From Pseudomonadota bacterium (GTDB lineage Bacteria > Pseudomonadota > Gammaproteobacteria > Steroidobacterales > Woeseiaceae): 64,000 nt of DNA. The DNA lies in the NCBI GenBank assembly GCA_039815365.1, contig JBCBZK010000002.1:6425-70424 (forward strand). The letters run 5' to 3'. Position numbers and translations under genes: made by a program. Below are positions 8,425 to 18,103 of this stretch, piece by piece; position 1 is the stretch's first letter; every line of letters starts with the position of its first letter. The notes beneath the pieces were generated by a model. That model was not told the origin of the DNA, did not search any database, and was given only the letters and a program-made list of their open reading frames with translations.

Positions 8425-9798
8425 GTGCAGCCGCAAACGCTCATTGTTATCGGCTTGATGATTGGTGTTGCTGCGTACTTCGTGGCAAGCCGCCGCTCGG
8501 TAATGCTCACCGATCGGCGCTCAGGATTGCGCTCGCGACCCTATTACTATGGCGCTTACGCGTTCCTGTGGGTTGTCGTCCCACTGCTTGTATTGCTTGC
8601 GGCATGGAGCATGTTATCGGGGCGTGTTATCGACGCACGCATTGCCAAGGCGCTCCCTGTCGATTGGGTGGTTGATGCGGCGGGCAACGAAAGCCTCGCT
8701 ATGAACGCCGTTCGCAACGCGGCTTCCGGCGTCGTGGTGTCGAACAGCGCGACCGTGAGTGCACTAGCGGCTGATTACCGCGCCATGCAGCAGCGCAGTC
8801 GCTATTGGTTGTCGCTGTCAGGTATTGCGCTGATGCTGGTAGGCGGCGTGTTCGCTATAACGCGCGTTACACCAACATTCAGCGCAAGGCAGCGTGTCGA
8901 GCAATTCCTGCTGTGGTTATTGCTGTTTGCGTCCAGCATCGCGGTGTTGACGACGGTCGGCATCGTCGGCTCAGTGTTGATCGAGGCGACACGCTTCTTT
9001 GGCAAAGTGCCCGTCGGCGACTTCATGTTCGGACTGGAATGGAGTCCGCAAACTGCGATTCGCGTGGGTCAGGTAGGCTCGTCCGGCTCTTTCGGTGCGC
9101 TGCCACTGTTTGCCGGCACACTGCTGATCACTGCCATTGCAATGGTTATCGCAACGCCTGTCGGATTGATGACGGCGATTTACTTGAGTGAGTACGCCAA
9201 ACCCGGATTTCGCGCGGTTGCGAAGCCTTTGCTTGAAGTGCTCGCAGGAATTCCGACAGTAGTGTACGGATTCTTTGCGGCGTTGAGTGTCGCGCCGTTT
9301 TTGCGAGATGCCGGGGCAACGATGGGCGTTAGCGTAGCCAGCGAGAGCGCGCTTGCTGCAGGTTTGGTCGTCGGCATTATGATTATCCCGCTGATCTCGT
9401 CGTTATCGGATGACGCACTCACAGCAGTGCCGCGTGCGATGAAGGATGGCTCTCTTGCGATGGGTGCGACGCGTTCGGAGACGATCAAGCAAGTGATGGT
9501 GCCCGCAGCGTTGCCAGGCATTGTTGGCGGTGTCCTGCTAGCGGTCTCGCGGGCGATCGGCGAGACGATGATTGTCGTTATGGCAGCAGGGCTCTCGGCC
9601 AAGCTCACCGCCAATCCATTTGAAGCGGTCACGACGGTGACCGTGCAAATCGTAACGTTGCTCGTCGGCGATCAGGAATTCGATAGCGCCAAGACGCTCG
9701 CGGCTTTTGCGCTAGGGCTGTTGCTGTTTATCGTTACGCTGGCATTAAACGTCTTTGGTCTGCGGGTCGTGCGCCGCTATCGCGAGCAATACGAGTAG
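8425..9798 (+). CDS. pstC: Phosphate ABC transporter permease PstC (long form)
   Basis: 457 aa, multi-TM, with an EAA-type permease loop (SRAIGETMIV). Confidence 0.9.
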   Translation: MQPQTLIVIGLMIGVAAYFVASRRSVMLTDRRSGLRSRPYYYGAYAFLWVVVPLLVLLAAWSMLSGRVIDARIAKALPVDWVVDAAGNESLAMNAVRNAASGVVVSNSATVSALAADYRAMQQRSRYWLSLSGIALMLVGGVFAITRVTPTFSARQRVEQFLLWLLLFASSIAVLTTVGIVGSVLIEATRFFGKVPVGDFMFGLEWSPQTAIRVGQVGSSGSFGALPLFAGTLLITAIAMVIATPVGLMTAIYLSEYAKPGFRAVAKPLLEVLAGIPTVVYGFFAALSVAPFLRDAGATMGVSVASESALAAGLVVGIMIIPLISSLSDDALTAVPRAMKDGSLAMGATRSETIKQVMVPAALPGIVGGVLLAVSRAIGETMIVVMAAGLSAKLTANPFEAVTTVTVQIVTLLVGDQEFDSAKTLAAFALGLLLFIVTLALNVFGLRVVRRYREQYE

Positions 9799-9801
9799 CG
9801 G

Positions 9802-11094
9802 ATGGCCACCACCAAACAACAAGAAATACGCACTAAGCTGCAAGCGCGCCTGCGCGTCCGGTATGCGCGCGAACGTCGTTTTCGCGCGTATGGGTTAGCT
9901 GCCGTGCTGTTCGGCCTTGTGTTCCTGGCGGTGTTCTTTGTCAGTATTGTGTCGAAAGGGGCGAGTGCATTTCGCCAGTCAATGCTGAGCGTTCCGGTGA
10001 TAGTGGATGCAAGTCTGGTTGACCCGATTGCGGATGGAACCCGAGCGTCATTGCAAGATGGCGATTATGACGGCGTGATACGCAATGCTTTGGTTGCTCT
10101 GTTTCCAGACGCAACCAGCCGTCGTGCGCGCCGTGAGCTCATGGCGTTAGTGAGTAGTGAGGGCAGCTTCATGTTGCGCGATCGTGTCGTCGCGGACCCA
10201 TCCCTGTTAGGGGAGGTGCTCAATCTGAACATTCCGACCAGTGCGAATGTCGATATGCTGATGAAAGGCAGGATTGATCGGTCGCTGCCGGAGCTGCAGC
10301 GAGTAGTGAGCGACCGCCAGCTGGCATGGATCGATCAGTTGGTCGCCGACGACCGTCTTAGTACGTCATTCAGTCGCGCGTTCTTTGCGAACGGCGATTC
10401 CGCTGATGCCGAGTTGGCAGGGATCCGCAGTGCCGTGATGGGGTCGTTTTTCATGTTGCTCGTCATGATTGCGATCGCGTTTCCCGTCGGGCTGGCAGCT
10501 GCGATCTATCTTGAGGAGTTCGCACCTCGTAACCGCTGGACCGATCTCATCGAGGTCAATATCAACAATCTTGCTGCGGTACCGTCCATCGTCTACGGAT
10601 TGCTGGGTCTTGCGGTATTCATCAATTGGGTCGGTCTGCCGCGCTCAGCGCCGCTCGTCGGTGGTTTCGTGCTTGCGTTGTTGACCTTACCAGTCATCAT
10701 CATTACGTCACGCGCGGCGATCAAATCGGTGCCGCCGTCAATACGTGAAGCCGCGTTAGGCGTTGGTGCCTCCAGAATCCAAACCGTATTCCAGCACGTT
10801 CTGCCGCTGGCCTTGCCAGGTATTCTGACCGGCACGATCATCGGAATGGCGCGTGCACTCGGAGAATCCGCACCGCTGCTGATGATTGGCATGGTCGCTT
10901 TCATTGTCGATGTGCCGGGCAGTTTCGTGGAGCCGGCAACGGCGCTTCCTGTGCAAGTGTACTTGTGGGCAGACAGCCCCGAGCGCGCTTTCGTCGAGCG
11001 AACGTCGGCCGCGATTATTGTGCTGCTAGGCTTTTTGTTGTTCATGAATCTGCTCGCCGTGATCTTGCGACGGCGGTTTGAGCGAAAATGGTAA
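9802..11094 (+). CDS. pstA: Phosphate ABC transporter permease PstA (long form with a large loop after TM1)
   Basis: 430 aa with permease core EAALGVGASR...ARALGESAPLL. Immediately follows pstC. Confidence 0.9.
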   Translation: MATTKQQEIRTKLQARLRVRYARERRFRAYGLAAVLFGLVFLAVFFVSIVSKGASAFRQSMLSVPVIVDASLVDPIADGTRASLQDGDYDGVIRNALVALFPDATSRRARRELMALVSSEGSFMLRDRVVADPSLLGEVLNLNIPTSANVDMLMKGRIDRSLPELQRVVSDRQLAWIDQLVADDRLSTSFSRAFFANGDSADAELAGIRSAVMGSFFMLLVMIAIAFPVGLAAAIYLEEFAPRNRWTDLIEVNINNLAAVPSIVYGLLGLAVFINWVGLPRSAPLVGGFVLALLTLPVIIITSRAAIKSVPPSIREAALGVGASRIQTVFQHVLPLALPGILTGTIIGMARALGESAPLLMIGMVAFIVDVPGSFVEPATALPVQVYLWADSPERAFVERTSAAIIVLLGFLLFMNLLAVILRRRFERKW

Positions 11095-11142
11095 GCCAAG
11101 TCATGTACCTTTGGCGTATTGAGCATTTGGGTGGATAACAGC

Positions 11143-11988
11143 ATGAGCACCGATGGTGAGGTCGAGATGACGTTGGAAGATGTCAGTGCCGGCGTGCCGC
11201 AGTCGCAGACTGTCGGTTCAGCGCAAGTGGCGTCGCCGTTTGTGCAGGCGCACGGTGTCAACGTCTCTTACGGCGACATTCATGCGATCAAGAATGTGAC
11301 GTTGGAAATCTCGCGCAACGAGGTGATTGCATTGATCGGGCCGTCAGGCTGCGGGAAGTCGACGTTTTTGCGCTGCCTGAACCGCATGAACGATACGATT
11401 GAATCCGCACGTGTCACGGGCAAGATCCTGATTGATGATCAGGACATTTATGCGCGCAATATGGACGTTGTGTCGCTGCGAGCCCGCGTTGGTATGGTGT
11501 TTCAAAAGCCGAATCCGTTTCCCAAGTCGATCTACGATAACGTCGCCTACGGTCCGAGAATTCATGGCTTGGCAGACAATCGCGCCGAACTGGACGACAT
11601 CGTTCACGTCAGTCTCGAGCGGGTCGGGTTGCTTGCGGAGGTGAAAGATCGATTACATGAGACCGGCACGGGTCTATCCGGTGGCCAACAACAAAGACTG
11701 TGTATCGCACGCACGATCGCGGTCAGCCCTGAAGTGATCCTGATGGACGAACCCTGCTCGGCATTAGACCCGATCGCTACGGCCCGGATTGAGGATTTGA
11801 TCGATGAGCTGTGTGAGAATTTCGCGATCGTGATCGTGACGCACTCAATGCAACAGGCTGCTCGGGTGTCCCAGCGTACAGCCTATTTTAATCTCGGTGA
11901 GTTGATCGAGGTTGACGAAACAGACCGGATTTTCACCAATCCCCAGCATCGGCTGACGGAAGACTACATCACCGGTCGGTCCGGCTAG
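11143..11988 (+). CDS. pstB: Phosphate ABC transporter ATP-binding protein PstB
   Basis: Walker [10 protein letters not shown], signature LSGGQQQR, Walker B ILMDEP. I prefer ATG 11143; TTG 11119 is also possible. Confidence 0.93.
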   Translation: MSTDGEVEMTLEDVSAGVPQSQTVGSAQVASPFVQAHGVNVSYGDIHAIKNVTLEISRNEVIALIGPSGCGKSTFLRCLNRMNDTIESARVTGKILIDDQDIYARNMDVVSLRARVGMVFQKPNPFPKSIYDNVAYGPRIHGLADNRAELDDIVHVSLERVGLLAEVKDRLHETGTGLSGGQQQRLCIARTIAVSPEVILMDEPCSALDPIATARIEDLIDELCENFAIVIVTHSMQQAARVSQRTAYFNLGELIEVDETDRIFTNPQHRLTEDYITGRSG

Positions 11989-12011
11989 CAACATTGCATC
12001 GGAGCGCGCGT

Positions 12012-12356
12012 TCAGGCGAACAGTGCCTGATAGCTCTTCGCTGAAAACCCTACCGTAACGCCACCATCATGTACGGCAACGGGACGCTTGATCAATGTTG
12101 GTGTAGCAAGTAACTGATCCACAACGCTCGTCTCGTTCAGCGATTCACGCGCTGTCTCGTCAAGTTCGCGCCACGTCGTCGAGCGTTTGTTCACCAGCGT
12201 TGTCCAATCGAGTGACTGCGTCCATTCGTGAATCTGATCCGCGTGCAATGGCGTTACGCGAACGTCCTGCCACTCGTAGCTGATGTTGTTGTCATCAAGC
12301 CAACGTAAGGCCTTGCGACAGGTGTCGCATTGTTTAATACCGTAGATGCAGATCAT
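12012..12356 (-). CDS. ArsC/Spx-family protein (YffB-like)
   Basis: 114 aa. N-terminal [13 protein letters not shown] thioredoxin-like fold typical of the ArsC/Spx/YffB family. 4-nt overlap with dapD. Confidence 0.8.
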   Translation of the reverse strand: MICIYGIKQCDTCRKALRWLDDNNISYEWQDVRVTPLHADQIHEWTQSLDWTTLVNKRSTTWRELDETARESLNETSVVDQLLATPTLIKRPVAVHDGGVTVGFSAKSYQALFA

Positions 12357-13177
12357 GATGATTCCGCTTGTCGCAAAAGCTCGTTGAGCCCGACTTTAGA
12401 GCGGGTACGCGCATCGACGCGTTTGACGATGATTGCCGCGTTGAGTGCGTATTTGCCGTTGCTGGCCGGCAGGCTACCGGCGACAACCACGCTGCCAGCG
12501 GGCACGCGGCCGTAGCTAACCTCGTCACGATCACGATCATAGATGCGGGTGCTTTGACCGATAAACACACCCATGGAAATGACACTGCCGGCCTCGACGA
12601 TGACGCCTTCGACAATCTCGGAACGTGCACCGATGAAGCAGTCGTCTTCAACAATCGTCGGCGCCGCTTGCACCGGTTCCAGCACGCCCCCGATACCGAC
12701 GCCGCCAGACAAATGCACGTTTTTTCCAATCTGCGCGCAACTGCCCACGGTCGCCCAGGTATCGACCATGGTGCCGCTGTCAATATAAGCGCCGATGTTG
12801 GTGTAGGAAGGCATTAGGACGACGTCTTTGGCAACAAACGCACCAGAGCGAACTTGCGCGTCAGGCACAACACGTACGCCATCGCGTGCGAAGTCAGCGT
12901 CACTGTAGTTCGCGTATTTCAGTGGCACTTTGTCGTAGTAATGATTCGGCGAGTGATCAATTCGCTGGTTGTCGCGAAGCCGGAACGATAGCAGGACAGC
13001 CTTCTTTAACCAGTCATTGACATGCCAGCTGCCGTCACGTGGCTCAGCAACCCGCGCTTTGCCGGTGTCCAGCCACTGAATCGCAGTGTCGACCGCAGTC
13101 ACTACATCGGTATCAGCGCTGCTGACAGTATTGCGTGATTCCCACGCGGCGTTGATCAGGGTTTGTATGTCAGACAC
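12353..13177 (-). CDS. dapD: 2,3,4,5-tetrahydropyridine-2,6-dicarboxylate N-succinyltransferase
   Basis: 274 aa with left-handed beta-helix hexapeptide repeats and DapD-like N- and C-termini. Confidence 0.92.
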   Translation of the reverse strand: MSDIQTLINAAWESRNTVSSADTDVVTAVDTAIQWLDTGKARVAEPRDGSWHVNDWLKKAVLLSFRLRDNQRIDHSPNHYYDKVPLKYANYSDADFARDGVRVVPDAQVRSGAFVAKDVVLMPSYTNIGAYIDSGTMVDTWATVGSCAQIGKNVHLSGGVGIGGVLEPVQAAPTIVEDDCFIGARSEIVEGVIVEAGSVISMGVFIGQSTRIYDRDRDEVSYGRVPAGSVVVAGSLPASNGKYALNAAIIVKRVDARTRSKVGLNELLRQAESS

Positions 13178-13183
13178 GGTAAA

Positions 13184-14386
13184 TCACTTGCTCCTGTGAC
13201 GAATAAAATGGGCGAGGCGCTGCAGCGCGGTATGCGTATCATCAAACGACGCAACCAATGACAAGCGAATACGCGCCGCGCCGGGATTGTTGCCATCAAC
13301 GTCGCGCGCAAGGTAGCTGCCAGGCACTGCAGTGACATGTGCGTCACGATAAAGCTCCTGGCAAAACAGCTCGTCGTCGCAACCGACATCAGGCCACAGA
13401 TAAAAGGTTGCCGGTGGCAGTGTGACATCGAGCACATCGCCAAGCACGTCAATCGCCATCGCATATTTCTCATTGTACTGTTCACGGTTGCGGTGTACGT
13501 GCGCATCATCGTTCCACGCGGTGATGCTGGCGTGCTGGACGGCAAGCGACATCGAGCAGCCATGATAGGTGCGGTAGCGGGCAAAGTAGTCGATCAGCGC
13601 TGGGTCTCCGGCAACGAAACCTGAGCGAAGTCCGGGCAAATTTGATCGCTTCGACAAACTGTGAAAGGCGAGCACGTTGCTAAAGGCATCATCGTCCAGG
13701 GATGCGCAGGCGTTGAGCAGTGAGACAGGAGGCGCATCGCGATACAGCTCGATGTAGCACTCATCGGCGACGATCACAAAGTCGTGACGTTTGGCGAGCG
13801 TGACGAGCTGACTCAGATAGTCGAGCGACGCAACCGTACCGCAGGGGTTCACCGGCGAACACAGATAAAACAACTGTGTTTGGTCAAGGATGTCCGGCTC
13901 AATGGCATCTAGGTCAGGCAAGAAATTGTATTGAGCTGTCGCTGGTAAATAGGTCGGTATCGCACCTGCCAACAGTGCTGCCCCCTCGTAGATTTGGTAG
14001 AACGGATTGGGGAACAAAACGCGTTGAGCCGTCCCGGGCGCCACTAACGCCTGCGCAATGGCGAACAAAGCCTCGCGCGTGCCGGTGACCGGATGGACCA
14101 TCGTGTCAGGGTCAGCATTGACATCAAAGCGACGCTGCAACCATCCGGCACAGGCAAGCCGCAGTTCGCGCGTGCCGCGCATCGTCGGATAGCGCGTGAC
14201 GCCCTCGAGCAAACTGCGCTCGTATTGGCGCAGCACGATATCCGGCGGCGCATGACGAGGCTCGCCGATCGACAGCGGTATCGGTGCGTGCCGGCTGTCC
14301 GGTGTCACGTCCGTAAGCAGGCGGGTAAGGCGCTCGAAAGGGTAAGGCGCAAGTTGCGCGAATCCCGGGTTGAGATTTGAAATCAT
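13184..14386 (-). CDS. dapC: Succinyldiaminopimelate transaminase (class I aminotransferase)
   Basis: 400 aa. PLP Lys motif SLSKRSN, N-terminal YPFERL...IGEPRH. Sits between glnD and dapD as in other Gammaproteobacteria. Confidence 0.85.
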   Translation of the reverse strand: MISNLNPGFAQLAPYPFERLTRLLTDVTPDSRHAPIPLSIGEPRHAPPDIVLRQYERSLLEGVTRYPTMRGTRELRLACAGWLQRRFDVNADPDTMVHPVTGTREALFAIAQALVAPGTAQRVLFPNPFYQIYEGAALLAGAIPTYLPATAQYNFLPDLDAIEPDILDQTQLFYLCSPVNPCGTVASLDYLSQLVTLAKRHDFVIVADECYIELYRDAPPVSLLNACASLDDDAFSNVLAFHSLSKRSNLPGLRSGFVAGDPALIDYFARYRTYHGCSMSLAVQHASITAWNDDAHVHRNREQYNEKYAMAIDVLGDVLDVTLPPATFYLWPDVGCDDELFCQELYRDAHVTAVPGSYLARDVDGNNPGAARIRLSLVASFDDTHTALQRLAHFIRHRSK

Positions 14387-17028
14387 GCGGCGTCTTTTGC
14401 GAGGCGCTGCAGCAAGGCCTTGCGCAGCTGTTTACATTGTTCGTCGTCGAGCGCGCTTTCGTCGCGGTGGGTCAGATAAAACACGTCTTCGGCGCGCTCG
14501 CCGATCGTTACGATTTTCGCGGCGCTGATATCGATCGTTCGCTCGAACAGAACATCACCGACTTTCATCAGTAAGCCTGGGTGGTCCGCGCAGGTTAGCT
14601 CCATAACCGTGCGTCCAGTCGGTTCATCCTGCCAGAACTGGATATGCGTATCGGTATCAAACATCCGTTGTCGACGCGGCATCGTTCTATTTACTGCTAA
14701 TGCCTCATCGTCGGTCGGCATTGTGTTCAGCCGTCGTTTGACATCAGCGACCCGGGTATCAGTCATGGCTTCGCCGTCGGGTTCGACGACAATATACGTG
14801 TCGAGACTGAAGCCGGTTGCGGTAGGTTCAATCCGTGCGTCAAGTACCGATAAACCAAGCTCATCGAGGCACGCTGTCACTGCGGCGAACGTATGTTCTA
14901 CACGCGGTGTGTACATCATCAGCGCAAGCGTCGTGAGATCGTCGCGACGCTGTACTGCGAAGTGGCGTCGATCGGCGCCGTGGTTGATTAACTCGCGAGT
15001 GTGCCAGAGCACTTCGGGTGCGCTGTGCCGGATGAAATACTCGTCAGGCAACGTGCGCCATACAGCGTCGATCTGAGATGCATCGAATTCACTTCGAAGC
15101 AATGTGCGTGCATCTTGTTTGGTGTCGTCGACCAACACTGGCTTGCCCAGCGGATTTTCCAATCCGCGCTGTAACGCATCTGTGGTGGCTTCGTAAAGAT
15201 CGCGGAACAGTTTGGATTTCCATGAGTTCCACATCTTGGGATTGGTGCCGCGCACGTCGGCAGCGGTGAGGACGTACAGATAATCGAGACGTCGTTGGTT
15301 GCCAACGTGCTGAGCGAATTGCGCGATCACGTCCGGGTCAGTGATGTCTTTCTTTTGAGCGGTCATCGACAGCACTAAGTGGCTTTCGACGAGCCAGCTG
15401 ACGAGTTGTGCGTCAACCTCATCAATGTCATGTTCGCGACAGAAGGCGAGTGCATCAACTGCGCCGAGCTCCGAATGGTCCCCGCCACGGCCTTTCGCTA
15501 TGTCATGAAACAGACCGCTCAGATAGGCAAGCTCGGGTTTGTCGATACGCTGCATGACGTTCGAGCAATGCGGAAACTCATCATCGAAACGCGTCAGCGC
15601 GAAGCGACGCAGATTGCTTACAACGAAAAGCGTATGCTCATCAACAGTGTAGGCGTGAAACAAATCGTACTGCATGCGCCCGACAATTCTTCCGAACGCC
15701 GGAATATAGAGCCCGAGTAATCCGTAACGATTCATTCGACGCAACTCGCGTGTCACGCCGTTGTCTGCCGTTAGTAGTGCAAGAAACTGTCGGTGATTGC
15801 GCGGATGTTGCCGAAACTGCTCATCGATCAGGTGACGATTGCGGCGCAATTGCCCAATCGTGTGCGCACTCACACCTTTGAGCGACGGGTGGGTCTGCAT
15901 CACGTTAAACAACGATAGCAATGCCGTTGGATCACGAACGAATACATCGTCATCAATCGCTTGAAGATAGCCATTGCGGTTGACGAAATTCTCGTCGATT
16001 GGTTCCGGGGCTGTATCCGGCGTCAACACGATACGCTCCTCGAAAAGCTGCAGCAGCATTTCGTTAATACGCGATAGCTCCATCACCGTGCGGTAGTAGC
16101 GCTGCATCATTTGCTCGACGCCAAGCGTGAATCGCGCATCCTCATAGCCAAGCATTTCAGCCAGTGCGCGTTGGTGGTCAAACAATAAGCGGTCTTCGCG
16201 ACGCTCGGTCAGGACGTGCAAGCCATAGCGGACACTCCACAGAAAATGGCGACCTTCGACGAGTCGCTCCATTTGCCCTTCGGTGAGGAAGCCGTGTTCG
16301 ATCAAGCCGGTGAACTGCCCGGCACCGAAGTGGCGTAGCGAAACCCAGCCGACCATTTGAATGTCGCGTAGTCCGCCGGGGCTGCCTTTGACGTTAGGTT
16401 CAAGGTTGTAGCCCGTGTCGCCGTAGCGCGCATGGCGTGCGGTTTGCTCGTCGCGTTTGGCTCGGAAAAACGCTTCCGAGTTCCATATTTCGTCGCTTGA
16501 CGTAGCTTGCATCATTGCGTCAAACGCATCGCGTGGACCGCACAACAAACGTGACTCCATCAGCGTCGTAACGACGGTGACGTCCTCGCGCGCCTCACGG
16601 GCGCAGTCTTCCACGGTCCGGACGCTGTGCCCAAGCTCGATGCCGCAATCCCAGAGTTGGGTGATGAAACGGGCGGCCGATTCCGTATTCGTTTTTTGGT
16701 CTGCCAACAACAGCATGATGTCGACGTCGGATCCGGGATGTAACTCACTGCGGCCATAGCCGCCGACCGCAATCAGCGCAATGTCGTCGGAAACCCCGGC
16801 ATCGTGCCAAAGGTACAGTAACAGCGCGTCGACAAGTGCGGCTTGTGCGGCTACTAACGTTTCAACCGGCTCACCGCGCAGAAAGCGCTGTGCCAATGCC
16901 GCTTTGGCGTCGTGCAGCGACGAACGATAGTCCGTGCTTTCAATCAACGCATTACTGAACGCCGTTACGGTGGCGTCATGCACCGGCATCAGGGTTTGAA
17001 TCGAGCGTGTGCCGCCGCTGATCCGCAT
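14383..17028 (-). CDS. glnD: Bifunctional [protein-PII] uridylyltransferase/uridylyl-removing enzyme
   Basis: Nucleotidyltransferase GGYGRSELHPGSDVD, an HD domain (HDIAKGRGGDH) and two C-terminal ACT-like domains. Start trimmed to Met 17028 (or 16989), because the ORF-track start at 17130 overlaps map. Confidence 0.92.
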   Translation of the reverse strand: MRISGGTRSIQTLMPVHDATVTAFSNALIESTDYRSSLHDAKAALAQRFLRGEPVETLVAAQAALVDALLLYLWHDAGVSDDIALIAVGGYGRSELHPGSDVDIMLLLADQKTNTESAARFITQLWDCGIELGHSVRTVEDCAREAREDVTVVTTLMESRLLCGPRDAFDAMMQATSSDEIWNSEAFFRAKRDEQTARHARYGDTGYNLEPNVKGSPGGLRDIQMVGWVSLRHFGAGQFTGLIEHGFLTEGQMERLVEGRHFLWSVRYGLHVLTERREDRLLFDHQRALAEMLGYEDARFTLGVEQMMQRYYRTVMELSRINEMLLQLFEERIVLTPDTAPEPIDENFVNRNGYLQAIDDDVFVRDPTALLSLFNVMQTHPSLKGVSAHTIGQLRRNRHLIDEQFRQHPRNHRQFLALLTADNGVTRELRRMNRYGLLGLYIPAFGRIVGRMQYDLFHAYTVDEHTLFVVSNLRRFALTRFDDEFPHCSNVMQRIDKPELAYLSGLFHDIAKGRGGDHSELGAVDALAFCREHDIDEVDAQLVSWLVESHLVLSMTAQKKDITDPDVIAQFAQHVGNQRRLDYLYVLTAADVRGTNPKMWNSWKSKLFRDLYEATTDALQRGLENPLGKPVLVDDTKQDARTLLRSEFDASQIDAVWRTLPDEYFIRHSAPEVLWHTRELINHGADRRHFAVQRRDDLTTLALMMYTPRVEHTFAAVTACLDELGLSVLDARIEPTATGFSLDTYIVVEPDGEAMTDTRVADVKRRLNTMPTDDEALAVNRTMPRRQRMFDTDTHIQFWQDEPTGRTVMELTCADHPGLLMKVGDVLFERTIDISAAKIVTIGERAEDVFYLTHRDESALDDEQCKQLRKALLQRLAKDAA

Positions 17029-17042
17029 CGAACTTGCCGTGC

Positions 17043-17840
17043 CTACGCGGCGTTGACGGCAGCGCGTTCTGCTGCGCCTAAAGTCAGAATTTCGAAACCT
17101 GTCTTCGTCACTAGCACCGTATGCTCCCACTGCGAGGAGAGCGAATGATCCTTAGTGACGACAGTCCATCCGTCGGGCAGTAATTTTGTGTGACGTCTGC
17201 CAGCGTTGATCATCGGCTCAACGGTGAATGTCATGCCTTCCTCCATAACCATCCCGGTGCCACGTCGGCCAAAATGCACGATCTGTGGCTCCTCGTGAAA
17301 ACCAAGCCCGATACCGTGCCCGCAATACTCGCGAACGACGGTACAGCGATTGCGTTCGACGAATTTCTGAATGGCATAACCAATATCGCCCAAGTGTTTT
17401 CCCGGGGCGATTTCGCGGATGCCCAACATCATCGCTTCATGGCACAACGTTGCGAGGCGTTCGGCCTGAACGCTGGGTTTGCCAACGAGGAACATTCTGC
17501 TGGTGTCGCCATGCCAGCCGTCTTTGATGACCGTGATGTCGATATTGAGCGAATCGCCATGTTTCAGGACGAGGTCGGACGGGATGCCATGACAAATGAC
17601 GTGATTCAGTGAGGTACAGATGCTCTTGGGAAACGGTACTGGTCCGCCGCCTCGATAGTTCAGCGGGGCAGGGATCGCTTTTTGGTGTTCGGTAATATAG
17701 TCATGGCAGATCGTATTCAGCTCATCCGTGGTGACGCCGGGCTTTACATAATCACCGATCATATCGAGCACGTCTGCTGCTAGCCGTCCAGCTGTGCGCA
17801 TCTGATCCTGTTGCTCGGGTGTCTTAATTGTCGCCGCCAT
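17043..17840 (-). CDS. map: Type I methionine aminopeptidase
   Basis: 265 aa with conserved metal-binding blocks (DITVIKDGWHGD, YCGHGIG, FTVEPM, QWEHTV). Confidence 0.95.
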   Translation of the reverse strand: MAATIKTPEQQDQMRTAGRLAADVLDMIGDYVKPGVTTDELNTICHDYITEHQKAIPAPLNYRGGGPVPFPKSICTSLNHVICHGIPSDLVLKHGDSLNIDITVIKDGWHGDTSRMFLVGKPSVQAERLATLCHEAMMLGIREIAPGKHLGDIGYAIQKFVERNRCTVVREYCGHGIGLGFHEEPQIVHFGRRGTGMVMEEGMTFTVEPMINAGRRHTKLLPDGWTVVTKDHSLSSQWEHTVLVTKTGFEILTLGAAERAAVNAA

Positions 17841-17971
17841 GCCTGTTTCCTGCTCCCTGGGGTGTTAAGCGCGCTGCTGCAATGCAGCACGGCCCAGTAG
17901 GATAACAGTGCCGGCAGCTCGGGAACATGGCCCGCAGCGCATTGATTGAGCTGGTTTTCGTGCGCCGCTCA

Positions 17972-18103
17972 TGCTATAAAGCGCGCGCTCTTCGAGCAAA
18001 ATTATATCAATCCACACGTATTCCGACACTGATTGCTGGGTGCCCCGCCTGAAAAGGGGTTGCGGTCAGGGGGATACGGAGGCTTAACCCTAAAGGAAAT
18101 TTC
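17972..18103 (+). promoter_or_regulatory. Candidate extended -10 promoter (TGcTATAAA) and structured 5' leader of rpsB
   Basis: TGCTATAAA at 17972-17980. A roughly 115-nt leader contains GC-rich complementary segments (GGGTGCCCCGCC...GGGGTTGCGG...GGGGG) before the AAAGGAAA SD-like run and ATG 18104. Confidence 0.35.

Noticed and set aside
10593-11261. 222-aa minus-strand ORF antisense to the pstA/pstB junction
   Set aside because: It lies opposite strongly supported pstA and pstB, has no recognisable motifs, and has the composition typical of antisense ORFs in GC-rich DNA.
17029-17130. Extended glnD N-terminus (ORF-track start 17130)
   Set aside because: It would overlap the 3' end of map by 88 nt and adds a non-conserved Arg-rich peptide. 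Met 17028 and Met 16989 lie just downstream of the map stop.
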